From assembly GCA_024277995.1 (NCBI GenBank), contig JAJRUD010000058.1, positions 1,410 through 65,409 of the forward strand: 64,000 bases of DNA, given 5' to 3'. This stretch comes from Chloroflexota bacterium. GTDB taxonomy: Bacteria > Chloroflexota > Anaerolineae > Anaerolineales > E44-bin32. Shown piece by piece: positions 42,041-51,379 of this stretch (position 1 is its first letter; every line of letters begins with the position of its first letter). The notes under the pieces are model-generated. The model was not told the origin of the DNA, ran no database searches, and was given only the letters and a program-made list of their open reading frames with translations. The translations under genes and the position numbers were made by a program.

Positions 42041-43075
42041 ATGATCCTCGACCGGCCCTTGGTACGCGCGCCCGAGTTTCCCCACGACGGTTGGATCAAC
42101 ACGCCGGAGCCGCCGACCTTACGCAGCCTGCGCGGCCGGGCCATCTTGATCCATTTCTGGGACTACACCTGCATCAACTGCCTGCGCACCTTCCCTTACC
42201 TGCGCGCCTGGCATGCACGCTACACCGCACTCGGCCTGCAGCTGATCGGCGTCCACACGCCGGAGTTCTCCTTCGCACGCGAGCGCTCACAGGTGGAGGC
42301 GGCCGCCGGCCGGCTCGGCATCCGCTGGCCCGTCGTGCTGGACAACGACCAGGCACTCTGGCAGGCCTTCGCCAACCGTGCCTGGCCCGGGCTGTACCTG
42401 ATCGATGCCCAGGGCTACGTGCGCTACCGCCAGGTCGGCGAAGGTGCCTATCGCCAGCTCGAACGCGGCATTCAAGAAGTGCTCAGCGAGACCCATCCCG
42501 AGCTGGACCTGCCCGAGCCCGTGCCGCCCGTCCGGCCCGAAGATGCGCCCGGCGCCCTGTGCCTGCCCACCACGCCGGAGATCCACGCCGACGCAGCCGG
42601 CAACCTGGAGCTGCCCACCCGGGTTCCGCTCATGCTCTCCATGCCCGAATCGCGCCTGGAGCGCCACTTCTATCTCGAAGGCCTGTGGCACTGGACGGGT
42701 GAGGGGGTCACCCTGGCCGGAGAGCGCGGCCGCCTGGCCCTCCCCTATCGCGCCGCCGATGTCTACGCCGTGCTCGCCCCGTCGCCCGATTCGGTCAGCA
42801 TGGCCCTCGGCCTCGACCGACCGCTCACCGTCGCCCTGGAACAGGATGGAGCCCCCCTGCCCCAGGACCACTTCGGACAGGACGTCTTTCTGGACGCCGG
42901 CCTGGCGCGCCTCAGGGTCGACGTGCCCCGTCTCTACCACCTGGTGAGGAACCCCGACGTCCGTCTCCGGGAGCTGACGCTCGCCATCCAGGGTCCCGGA
43001 CTGACGGTCTACGCGTTCTCCTTCGGTTCGTGCCTGGCACCCGACCAGGACCGACCAGCATTCAGAACGGAGTGA
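42041..43075 (+). CDS. thioredoxin-fold redoxin (AhpC/TSA; DipZ C-terminal-like) with extra C-terminal domain
   Basis: LRGRAILIHFWDYTCINCLRTFPYLRAWHARY (CxxC), GVHTPEFSFARE, WPGLYLIDAQGYVRYRQVGEGAY. This is followed by a roughly 170-aa beta-rich domain. Confidence 0.85.
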   Translation: MILDRPLVRAPEFPHDGWINTPEPPTLRSLRGRAILIHFWDYTCINCLRTFPYLRAWHARYTALGLQLIGVHTPEFSFARERSQVEAAAGRLGIRWPVVLDNDQALWQAFANRAWPGLYLIDAQGYVRYRQVGEGAYRQLERGIQEVLSETHPELDLPEPVPPVRPEDAPGALCLPTTPEIHADAAGNLELPTRVPLMLSMPESRLERHFYLEGLWHWTGEGVTLAGERGRLALPYRAADVYAVLAPSPDSVSMALGLDRPLTVALEQDGAPLPQDHFGQDVFLDAGLARLRVDVPRLYHLVRNPDVRLRELTLAIQGPGLTVYAFSFGSCLAPDQDRPAFRTE

Positions 43076-43078
43076 CCC

Positions 43079-44038
43079 GTGTTACGAGCAATGCTGCTCT
43101 ACCTCTCCAAGGCCACCTGGACCCGACGCATCATCACCGGGTGGGGCGTCGCCCGCCGCGCCGCGGCGCGCTTCGTCGCCGGCGACACGCTGGAAGAAGC
43201 GCTGGATGTCGCCCGCGGCCTCAACGCGCGCGGCCTGTTCGTCACCCTGGACCATCTGGGGGAGGACGTCACCAACGCCGAGGAAGCCGCGGCGGCCGCC
43301 CAGGAATACCTGGCCATCCTCGATCGTCTCGCCGCCTCCGGCGTGCGCTCCAACGTGTCCCTCAAGCTCACCCAGCTCGGCCTGCGAGTGGCCCAGGAGC
43401 TGGCCCTGGACCACATGCGACAGATCGCGCGCAAGGCGGCCGAATACAAGATGCTGGTGCGCATCGACATGGAGGATTCGCCCACCATCGACGCGACGCT
43501 GGCGGTCTACCGCACACTGCGCGGCGAAGGGCTGCAGAACGTTGGGCTGGTGATCCAGTCCTACCTCTATCGCAGCGAGGAGGACACCCGCTCTCTGCTC
43601 GAGCAGGGGGCGCGCATCAGGCTGGTCAAGGGGGCGTACAACGAGCCGCCCGATCTGGCCTACCCGCGCAAGGCCGACGTGGACGCCAATTACGACCGCC
43701 TGGCGCGCCTCATCATCGAGCACGCCCTGCAGGCCGGCGCGGAACCGGCCTCGGCCGACGGCCGCTTCCCCCCCGTCGCCGCCATGGCCACCCACGACGA
43801 AGCGCGCATCGCCGCCGCCAAGGCCTGCGGCAAGGAACTGGGCCTGCCGCGCCAGGCGCTCGAATTCCAGATGCTCTACGGCATCCGCGCCGATCTGCAA
43901 GAAGCGCTCGCGGCGGAGGGATATCCCGTACGCGTGTACGTACCCTTCGGCACGGAATGGTACGCATACTACATGCGCCGCCTGGCTGAACGCCCGGCGA
44001 ACCTGTGGTTCTTCCTTTCGAACCTGCTGCGCCGCTAG
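43079..44038 (+). CDS. proline dehydrogenase (monofunctional)
   Basis: FVAGDTLEEALDVARGLNARGLFVTLDHLGE, NVSLKLTQLG, VRIDMEDS, IRLVKGAY, EFQMLYGIR, VYVPFG..WYAYYMRRLAERPANL. GTG start; TAG stop at 44036-44038. Confidence 0.9.
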   Translation: MLRAMLLYLSKATWTRRIITGWGVARRAAARFVAGDTLEEALDVARGLNARGLFVTLDHLGEDVTNAEEAAAAAQEYLAILDRLAASGVRSNVSLKLTQLGLRVAQELALDHMRQIARKAAEYKMLVRIDMEDSPTIDATLAVYRTLRGEGLQNVGLVIQSYLYRSEEDTRSLLEQGARIRLVKGAYNEPPDLAYPRKADVDANYDRLARLIIEHALQAGAEPASADGRFPPVAAMATHDEARIAAAKACGKELGLPRQALEFQMLYGIRADLQEALAAEGYPVRVYVPFGTEWYAYYMRRLAERPANLWFFLSNLLRR

Positions 44039-44790
44039 ACCGCGAAGAAGGTGGAGGCTTGGATCCCGAAGGCAAGGTCGCATTGATAACCGGCGGGGCG
44101 CGCCGCCTGGGCAGATCGCTGGTGATGGCCCTGGCCGAGCGCGGCTGCGGCGTGGTGATACACTACTACCGATCGGCCGACGCGGCGGAGGATACGGCCC
44201 AGCGGGCGCGGTCCCTGGGCGTCAGGGCCGAGATCATTAAGGCCGATCTGCGGCAGCCGGATGCCGTCCAATCGCTCTTCGCGACGATCGATCGCGTCGC
44301 AGGGCCTCTCGACATCCTGGTGCACTCGGCCGCCATCATGCATGAAGGGGACTTCCTGGCCCTCACCACGCAGGACTGGGAGCACACGATGGGCCTCAAC
44401 CTGCGCGCCGCCTTCCTGTGCCTGCAGCAGGCCGGCCGGCGGATGAAGACCAACGGCCGGGGCAGCATCGTCGCCCTGTCCGACGTCGCCGGGTCCAGAC
44501 CCTGGCGCCGCTACCCGCTGCACTCCGTGAGCAAGGCCGGCCTGGAGATGCTCGTCCGGGTGGCGGCCAGGAGCCTGGCGCCGGAGGTGCGCGTCAACGC
44601 CGTCGCCCCCGGCCCCATCCTGCGCAGCGACGGCATCTCTGCCGACCGCTGGCGGCGCCTGGCAGAGGCCCTTCCGGCCGGCCGCGCCGGTCGGCCGCAG
44701 GAGGTGGCCCAGGCCGTCCTGTTCCTGATCGAAAACGACTACGTGACCGGCGAGGTGCTGCACGTGGACGGCGGCCGCACGCTGATCTGA
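44005..44790 (+). CDS. short-chain dehydrogenase/reductase
   Basis: KVALITGGARRLGRSLVMALAERG, HSAA, YPLHSVSKAGLEMLVRVAA. Start is uncertain: the listed GTG at 44005 overlaps the upstream gene by 34 nt, and an in-frame TTG at 44059 follows AAGGTGGAGG. Confidence 0.85.
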   Translation: MVLPFEPAAPLDREEGGGLDPEGKVALITGGARRLGRSLVMALAERGCGVVIHYYRSADAAEDTAQRARSLGVRAEIIKADLRQPDAVQSLFATIDRVAGPLDILVHSAAIMHEGDFLALTTQDWEHTMGLNLRAAFLCLQQAGRRMKTNGRGSIVALSDVAGSRPWRRYPLHSVSKAGLEMLVRVAARSLAPEVRVNAVAPGPILRSDGISADRWRRLAEALPAGRAGRPQEVAQAVLFLIENDYVTGEVLHVDGGRTLI

Positions 44791-44806
44791 CGAGGAAGGG
44801 GATGCC

Positions 44807-45349
44807 TTGAACGAAGAAGCGAAACGCATCGCGGAGCGCCTGCGCACCGAGGGCGACAAGACGCTGGATTTCTTTCGCCAGTTGGACCCCGCGGCCTGGG
44901 AGCAGCAAGTCTACACGGCGGGTTCCTGCTGGCGGGTGCATGACGTGCTGGCACACTTCGTCTCTGCCGAGCAGGGCTTCCACGGCCTTCTCGAGGACGT
45001 CGCCGCCGGCGGTCCCGGAGCGCCGCGCGACATGGACGTGGACCGCTTCAACGAATCCCAGGTCCCGCGGCTGAGCCGCCTGACGGCCGAGGAATTGTTG
45101 AAAGCCTTCCAGCAGGCGCGCGCGGCCAACGTGCAGCTGGCCGCCGGCCTGAGCGAGCAGGACCTGGATCGAATCGGATATCACCCCTGGCTCGGCGAGG
45201 CCCAGATGCGCCAGATGCTCAAGCTGCTCTATCGGCACAACATGATCCACCTGCGTGACGTGCGCAAAGCCCTGGCCGCAGGCCGCCCCGTGCCACACCA
45301 GGAGATCGAAGCACCATCGCGTCAGAAGGAAGGAGGCGGGCAGCCGTGA
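44807..45349 (+). CDS. DinB-superfamily protein (DinB_2 / MDMPI_N-like)
   Basis: TTG start. ...WRVHDVLAHFVSAEQGF..., ...LLYRHNMIHLRDVRKAL. The His triad pattern is typical of DinB four-helix bundles. Confidence 0.8.
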   Translation: MNEEAKRIAERLRTEGDKTLDFFRQLDPAAWEQQVYTAGSCWRVHDVLAHFVSAEQGFHGLLEDVAAGGPGAPRDMDVDRFNESQVPRLSRLTAEELLKAFQQARAANVQLAAGLSEQDLDRIGYHPWLGEAQMRQMLKLLYRHNMIHLRDVRKALAAGRPVPHQEIEAPSRQKEGGGQP

Positions 45350-45837
45350 GCGATCGCAAGCAGGCCCTGCGCCGCCACGTGGAAGCGCGCCACGCGCAGA
45401 GCTGGCCCATCCTGAGCGGGCTCAGCCAAGCCGACCTGTCCCGGCCCGTCTACAGCCACGGCGAGACGACGTGGAGCGTGCTGCAGGTCGTCGCCCATCT
45501 GGCTGACGCCGAGCGCGGCCTGCTGGGCCAGGTGCAGCGGCTGGCCGCCGGGGGCGTCACCGTTCCCGAAGACTTCGACCTGGAGCGCTGGAACCGCGCT
45601 GCGGTGGCCAAGCGCGCCGCCCAGCCCCTGCCGGAGCTGCTCGAGGAGATCGAGAGCACTTACCGGGAAACTCTGGCCTTCATCGATTCCCTGGAAGAGC
45701 ACCAACTGGATTTGGTGGGTCGCCACGCCCGCGGCGATCTGGCCAGCGTCGAGGCCTTCCTGATCCGCACGGCCGAACATCGCGCCCGACACGCCGCCGA
45801 CATCCAACACGCCCTGGACGAGCCTCGCCATGGCTGA
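45346..45837 (+). CDS. DinB-superfamily protein, tandem paralogue
   Basis: The GTG start overlaps the upstream TGA (GTGA), with GAAGGAAGGAGG upstream. ...WSVLQVVAHLADAERGLL..., ...FLIRTAEHRARHAADIQHAL. Confidence 0.8.
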   Translation: MSDRKQALRRHVEARHAQSWPILSGLSQADLSRPVYSHGETTWSVLQVVAHLADAERGLLGQVQRLAAGGVTVPEDFDLERWNRAAVAKRAAQPLPELLEEIESTYRETLAFIDSLEEHQLDLVGRHARGDLASVEAFLIRTAEHRARHAADIQHALDEPRHG

Positions 45838-46264
45838 AGCCCCACCCATCCACGATCTCTACTGGCGTTCCATCGAGCCCACGCAAACCGAAGGTCTGCT
45901 GCGATGGCCCATCTTGCGTCGCAGCGACCATTTGCTGCGCTGTTTCGCGCTGGCCGAAGCCCTGCAGGTGTCGCCGCAGGCTGACCCCACCATGCGCCGC
46001 CGTGCCCTGGCGGACGAGGTCTGGGCGCTGCTGCAGGGCGCGGTCGAATTCCGCTGGCACGACCTGCGCCAGGATTCCCCCTCGCAGGGCGTACAGTTCC
46101 GCCTGAGACGCGACGAACCAACGCTACTGCTGGTGCCCTTCGGCGTCGCCTTCGGCTTCCGCGCTTTGGAGGGACCGGCCCTGCTCGTGCGCCTGGCCAG
46201 CCACGAACACGGCGAGGGGCCAGAGGACGAGATCATGCCCTGGCAGGAGCAGGAGACCGCATGA
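45830..46264 (+). CDS. hypothetical small protein (144 aa), possibly cupin-like
   Basis: Overlaps the upstream gene by 8 nt and the downstream gene by ATGA. ...LLLVPFGVAFGFRALEGPALLVRLASHEH is reminiscent of RmlC-type cupin strands. Weak call. Confidence 0.6.
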   Translation: MAEAPPIHDLYWRSIEPTQTEGLLRWPILRRSDHLLRCFALAEALQVSPQADPTMRRRALADEVWALLQGAVEFRWHDLRQDSPSQGVQFRLRRDEPTLLLVPFGVAFGFRALEGPALLVRLASHEHGEGPEDEIMPWQEQETA

Positions 46265-47172
46265 CCGCCGCCGATCACCCGCTACGCACGCTCTTGCGCC
46301 AGAGCAAGCCGCTGGCGCTGCTGGGGGGCATAATGCTGTACGCCCTGGGCGCCTCTGTCTTGCGCTACCTGGGCCGGCCGGTGGACGCCGGCCTGTACCT
46401 GCAGGGCCAGGGACTGGTCACGGCGCTGCAGTTGGCGGCGCATTTCCTGCTGGCCTGCTTCGCACCCCCGAAGCCCTCTCCCCCAGCGGAGGCGCCATCC
46501 CACAACGGTCGCGAGGCGGAGAAGACACTGCCCATCTCGACCCCCACCTTCCGTGCAGCCATCACCTGCCTGGCTTTCGTCGGCACGGTGGCCTCGCTCC
46601 TGCTCATGCAGGGCCGCCTGCCCCTGACGGCGACCATCGTCCTGGCCATGGGCACGCTGCTGGCCGTCTTCTACGGTGCGCCGCCGTTGCGTCTGGCATC
46701 TTCGGGCTACGGCGAAGTCCTGGCAGCCGTGGTCGTGGCCGGCCTGCTGCCCACCTTCGCCTTCGCGCTGCAGACGGGCGACCTGCATCGCCTGCTGCTG
46801 ATGGCCACCGCGCCGCTCATGGCCTTGTATTTCGCCCTGGCCATCGCCCTGGAGCTGCCCAGCTACGCCGCCGACCTGAAGCACGGCGAGCGCACGCTGA
46901 TGGTGCGCATTGGATGGGAGCGGGCCATGCGCCTGCACGACGCGGCGCTGGCGCTGGCGGCTCTCTTCGTCCTGCTCGCCTATTTGAACGGCTTCCCACG
47001 CCGCGTCGTACTCGGTGCCCTGATCGCCGCACCGCTGGCCCTGGCTCAGGCCTGGCAGATGGCCCGCATCCGCCAGGGGTATCCGCCGCGCTGGCAGTTG
47101 CTGCGATACGGCGCCGTCGCGCTCTTCGGGCTGACGCTCTACCTCGAGTTGGTCGGCTTCTTCCTGAGCTGA
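46261..47172 (+). CDS. UbiA/MenA-like polytopic membrane protein with degenerate Asp-rich motifs
   Basis: 303 aa, about 8 TM helices, overall MenA-like architecture (...GAPPLRLASSGYGEVLAAVVVAGLLPTF..., ...GERTLMVRIG...). Where MenA-type enzymes carry N-D-x-x-D, this protein has QLAAHFLLACFAPP followed by a Pro-rich insert. The second motif reads SYAADLKHGERTL. Confidence 0.75.
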   Translation: MTAADHPLRTLLRQSKPLALLGGIMLYALGASVLRYLGRPVDAGLYLQGQGLVTALQLAAHFLLACFAPPKPSPPAEAPSHNGREAEKTLPISTPTFRAAITCLAFVGTVASLLLMQGRLPLTATIVLAMGTLLAVFYGAPPLRLASSGYGEVLAAVVVAGLLPTFAFALQTGDLHRLLLMATAPLMALYFALAIALELPSYAADLKHGERTLMVRIGWERAMRLHDAALALAALFVLLAYLNGFPRRVVLGALIAAPLALAQAWQMARIRQGYPPRWQLLRYGAVALFGLTLYLELVGFFLS

Positions 47173-47174
47173 AC

Positions 47175-48422
47175 ATGCCGGAATTCCTGCACCTCCTCCC
47201 CCCCACCCAGGCACTGCAGCGGCTGCTGGACGCGCTGCCGGGCGCAGGTCCGCTGCAGGTCGAGCGTCTCGCGACCGCCGGGTCCCTCGGCCGGGTCCTG
47301 GCTGAAGCGGTGCGCGCTCCTCATCCCCTGCCGCCCTTCCCCCGCTCCACCGTCGACGGCTATGCCGTGCGCGCCGCCGACACTTTCGGCGCCAGCGGCA
47401 GCCTGCCGGCTTACCTGCAGGTTGCGGGCGAGGTGCCTATGGGCGCAGCCCCGGCAGTCGAAATCCGGCCCGGCCGGGCCGCCCTGGTCCACACGGGGGG
47501 CATGATGCCCAAGGGCGCGGACGCGGTGGTGATGGTGGAAGATACTCAGAGGGCCCGCGAGGGCGAGATCGAGGTGCTCAAGCCGGTCGCCGCCGGCGAG
47601 AACGTGCTGCCACAGGGGGAGGACGTGAAGGCGGGAGAGGTCGTGCTCACGCCCGGCGTGCGCCTGCGCCCGCAGGAGATCGGCGGCCTGATGGCCCTGG
47701 GGATCACCGCGGTGGCGGTTGCGCGGCGGCCGCGCGTGGCCATACTCTCCACCGGCGACGAAGTCGTGCCGCCTGAGGCACAGCCCGCGCCAGGGCAGGT
47801 GCGCGACGTCAACTCCTACACCCTCAGCGGCCTGGTGGCGCAGGCCGGCGGTGAGCCGCTGCGCTACGGCATCATCCCCGACGACCGCGCCGCGCTGGAG
47901 CAGGCCGCGCGCCGCGCCCACCGCGAAGCCGACCTGGTGGTGATCACCGCCGGATCATCAGTGAGCACGCGCGACATCACGGCCGAGGTCATCCGTTCGC
48001 TTGGCGCACCCGGCGTGCTGGTGCACGGCGTATCCATCAAACCGGGCAAGCCCACCATCCTGGCCGTGGCGCAGGGTGTTCCGATGATCGGCCTGCCGGG
48101 CAACCCCGTCAGCGCGCTGGTGGTGGCCCGGCTTTTCGTGGCGCCGCTCATCCGCCGCTTGCTGGGCATGACGCACCAGCCCTACCACGCCGAGGTTCCG
48201 GCCAGAATGGCGGTCAACATAGCCTCTGAGACGGGGCGCGAGGATTACCTGCCCGTGCGCCTGGAGACGACCCAGGAGGGCTTTCTGGCGCAGCCCGTAT
48301 ATGGGCGCTCGAACCTGATCTTCACCCTGGTGCGCGCCGACGGACTGGTGCGCATCCCACCCGCAGCCACGGGCCTGCAGGCTGGGGATCCTGTGCGGGT
48401 TCGGCTATTCGAGGGACCATGA
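47175..48422 (+). CDS. moeA: molybdopterin molybdenumtransferase
   Basis: Listed ORF 46914..48422 trimmed to the ATG at 47175. ...PLPPFPRSTVDGYAVRAADT..., TGGMMPKGADAVVMVED, STGDEVV, GSSVSTRD, IKPGKPT, LPGNPVSALVVARLFVAPLIRRLLG, and the MoeA_C domain. Confidence 0.9.
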   Translation: MPEFLHLLPPTQALQRLLDALPGAGPLQVERLATAGSLGRVLAEAVRAPHPLPPFPRSTVDGYAVRAADTFGASGSLPAYLQVAGEVPMGAAPAVEIRPGRAALVHTGGMMPKGADAVVMVEDTQRAREGEIEVLKPVAAGENVLPQGEDVKAGEVVLTPGVRLRPQEIGGLMALGITAVAVARRPRVAILSTGDEVVPPEAQPAPGQVRDVNSYTLSGLVAQAGGEPLRYGIIPDDRAALEQAARRAHREADLVVITAGSSVSTRDITAEVIRSLGAPGVLVHGVSIKPGKPTILAVAQGVPMIGLPGNPVSALVVARLFVAPLIRRLLGMTHQPYHAEVPARMAVNIASETGREDYLPVRLETTQEGFLAQPVYGRSNLIFTLVRADGLVRIPPAATGLQAGDPVRVRLFEGP

Positions 48423-50389
48423 GCGAAGAGAAGGTCTATCTGCACGACGTGCCGCTGGAGGAGGCCTGGGAACGCTTCCGTCGCGCCCTGGCGCAGGCCG
48501 GCCTGTGGCGCCCGCTGGAGGCCGAAGAGGTGCCGCTGGATCAGGCGCTGCAGCGCGTCACCGCCGAGCCTGTCTGGGCGCGCCTTTCATCGCCGCATTA
48601 CCATGCGGCAGCCATGGATGGGTACGCGCTGCGCGCCGCCGACACGGCCGGAGCCAGCGACCGCGCCCCGGTTGACCTGGCCATCGGCGAGGGCGCGCTC
48701 TACGTCGATACCGGCGACCCCATGCCGGATTGGGCCGACGCGCTGGTCCCCATCGAAGAGGTGGAACCCGTGGGGGCAACACGGGGAGGGCGCGCCCTGG
48801 AGCGCATCCGCCTGCGGGCCGCCGTCGCCCCGTGGAGCCACGTCCGCGCCATGGGCGAGGACATGGTGGCCACCGAACTGGTGCTCCCGGCGGGGCAAAT
48901 CTTGCGCCCGGTGGACCTGGGCGCCGTGGCCGGCTGCGGGCACAGCCGGCTGCGCGTCCGTCGCCGACCGAGGGTGGCCATCATCCCCACCGGCACCGAA
49001 CTCGTCCCCGCCGGCTCAGACCCCGCGCCGGGCGAGATCATCGAGTACAACTCGCTGGTACTGGCGGCCCAGGTGGAGGCATGGGGTGGCCTGGCGACGC
49101 GCTGCCCCATCGCGCCCGATGATTTCGAGGGCATCCGCAAGGCCGTGGCCCAGGCCGCCGCCGATCACGACCTGGTGTTGGTCAACGCCGGCTCTTCGGC
49201 CGGCAGCGAGGACTACACCGCGCGCGTCGTTGAGAGCCTGGGGGAACTCCTGGTCCACGGCGTCGCCGTCCGCCCGGGCCATCCCGTCATCCTGGGCCTC
49301 GTGCGCGTCCAGGGCAGCGGCAGGGGCGCGGCCGTCGTCCCCGTCATCGGCGTTCCCGGTTACCCCGTTTCGGCTGCGCTCACGGGCGAGATCTTCGTCT
49401 AGCCGCTCCTGGCCCGCTGGCTCGGCCGGCGCCCTTACGAGCCGCCCATCATGGAAGCCGTGATCACGCGCAAGGTGCATTCTTCCATGGGAGACGACGA
49501 GTACCTGCGGGTGACGGTGGGACGCGTTGGGGACCGCGTGGTGGCCGCGCCGCTGGCACGCGGCGCCGGGGTGATCAGCTCGCTCGCGCGCGCCGACGGC
49601 ATCGTGCTCATCCCGGCCGGCGTCCAGGGCCTGCAGGCAGGGGAAAAGGTCACCGTCCGCCTGTATCGCACACCAACCGAGATCGAGCGCACCATCGTCT
49701 GCCTGGGCTCCCACGACCTGACTCTGGACCTGATGGCCCAGTTCCTGGCCGAGCGCGGCTCGCGCCTGGCCTCCGCCAACGTGGGCAGCCTGGGTGGGCT
49801 CATCGCCCTGCGGCGCGGCGAGGCCCACCTGGCCGGCAGCCACCTGCTGGATCCCGCCAGCGGCGAGTACAACCTGGCCTACGTGCAGCAATACCTGCCG
49901 GAGACGCCCGTCGTCATCCTGGCGCTGGTGGAGCGCGAACAGGGGCTGATGACGGCGCGCGGCAACCCGAAAGGCCTGCGGGACTTGCGGGACCTGGCAC
50001 GAGAAGATGTGACCTTCGTCAACCGCCAGCGCGGCGCCGGAACGCGGCTGCTGCTCGACTACCATCTGGAAGAGGCGGCCATCCCGTCCGAGAAGGTACG
50101 CGGCTACGAGCGGGAGGAATACACCCATCTTGCCGTGGCGGCAGCGGTAGCCTCGGGGCGGGCGGATTGCGGCCTGGGGATTCGGGCCGCCGCCCAGGCA
50201 CTGGGGCTCGATTTCATCCCCCTCTTCCACGAGCGCTACGACCTGATCATCCCCCGGGAGCACTACGCTAGTGCACACCTGGCCCCGCTGCTGGAACTGC
50301 TGGACCATCCCGCCTTTCGGGAGGCCGTGGAGGCCCTGCCCGGCTACAGCACCCAGCCCATGGGGAAGATCATCGCCGAGACCGGCTGA
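48419..50389 (+). pseudogene. MoeA-PBP fusion gene (MoeA domains + MoeA_C + periplasmic-binding-protein-like domain) interrupted by one in-frame TAG at 49400-49402
   Basis: Listed ORFs 48419..49402 and 49451..50389 share one frame. Part 1: ...SPHYHAAAMDGYALRAADT..., PTGTELV, GSSAGSEDY, VRPGHPV, GVPGYPVSAALTGEIFV-TAG. The codons after the stop read PLLARWLGRRPYEPPIMEAVITRKVHSSMGDDEYLRV..., which is the MoeA_C continuation. The PBP-like domain follows (...IVCLGSHDLTLDLMAQFL...VNRQRGAGTRLLLD...). It could alternatively function as two polypeptides. Confidence 0.65.
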
Positions 50390-50604
50390 CGTCCGCGCCG
50401 CGCCCAGTACCCATCACCATCAGCGACACGAGGTGCGAACGCCATGCGCTGCGATTACGCACATGAGGCGAGGAGAGCGCAGGGCCAAGGGGAGACGAGC
50501 GTTGCCCCACGCTCTCGCTCATGGAAACGTGCGCACCGCTCCAGGGAGGAGGAAAGAGGAGGGTGCTGAGGTGACCGCGTCATCGTCTCGGCGAGGTGGG
50601 AACC

Positions 50605-51255
50605 TCACACCTGCGACCGGCCCCTGGCCACCTCCTGGCAAAAGCGCCGTGCCCGATCGGTAAGTGCATCGAAGTCGCCCTCTTGAAGGAGCGCCTGGTT
50701 GATCAGCGCGCTGCCGACGCCCACGCAATCGGCCCCCTGGCGGATGAACTCCGCCGTCGTCTGCATGTCGACCCCCCCCACCGGGCAAAGCCGCAGTTGC
50801 GGCAGGGGCGCCTTGATGGCCTTCAGATACGCCGGCCCCCCGACGCTGGCGGGGAAGATTTTCACCACGTCGGCCCCGGCCTGCCATGCCGTGAGCGCCT
50901 CCGTGGGAGTGAAGGCGCCGGGCACCACCGGGACGGCATAGCGACGACAGATGGCGATGGTTTCCAGGTCCAGGGTCGGGCAGACGACGAATTGCGCGCC
51001 CGCCAGGATGGCCGCCCGGGCCGTTTCCGCATCCAACACCGAACCCGCACCGAAGAGGACCTCCTCGCCGTAGTTTCTGCGCGCGGCTCTGATGACATCC
51101 AGGGCGCCCGGCGTGGTCATGGTGACTTCAATGGCGCGCACACCCCCGGCGCGGATGGCCTCCGCGGCTTCTAGCAACTGCTCGCTGCTCTTGGCGCGCA
51201 TGATGGCGATCAGACCGCTCTCCAGGATCAGACTTAGGGCTTTCTCTTTTTCCAT
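50605..51255 (-). CDS. eda: 2-dehydro-3-deoxyphosphogluconate / 4-hydroxy-2-oxoglutarate aldolase
   Basis: Trimmed to the ATG at 51253-51255. ...GLIAIMRAKSSEQLLEAAEAIRAGGVRAIEVTMTTPGALDVI..., GAGSVLD, VVPGAFTPTE, and the Schiff-base Lys context VVKIFPA. Confidence 0.9.
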   Translation of the reverse strand: MEKEKALSLILESGLIAIMRAKSSEQLLEAAEAIRAGGVRAIEVTMTTPGALDVIRAARRNYGEEVLFGAGSVLDAETARAAILAGAQFVVCPTLDLETIAICRRYAVPVVPGAFTPTEALTAWQAGADVVKIFPASVGGPAYLKAIKAPLPQLRLCPVGGVDMQTTAEFIRQGADCVGVGSALINQALLQEGDFDALTDRARRFCQEVARGRSQV

Positions 51256-51379
51256 GGTTCTGGCTCCGTCAGGCTTCAACCGTTCCGTCTCGCGAGATAC
51301 CTTTTACGCCCTCAGCCTCGAAGGCCACTGCCACCAGGTCCGTCTCAACGACTTCATGAGGTTTCAGGATCAAGGCCGT

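Noticed and set aside
49400-49402. Stop-codon reassignment (TAG or TAA read as sense) as an explanation for the in-frame stops
   Set aside because: TAG, TAA and TGA all terminate well-conserved genes in this window at their expected C-termini (for example TAG at 11709 and 44036, and TAA at 10940). The in-frame stops involve all three codons. I saw no Pyl or Sec machinery or SECIS-like context.
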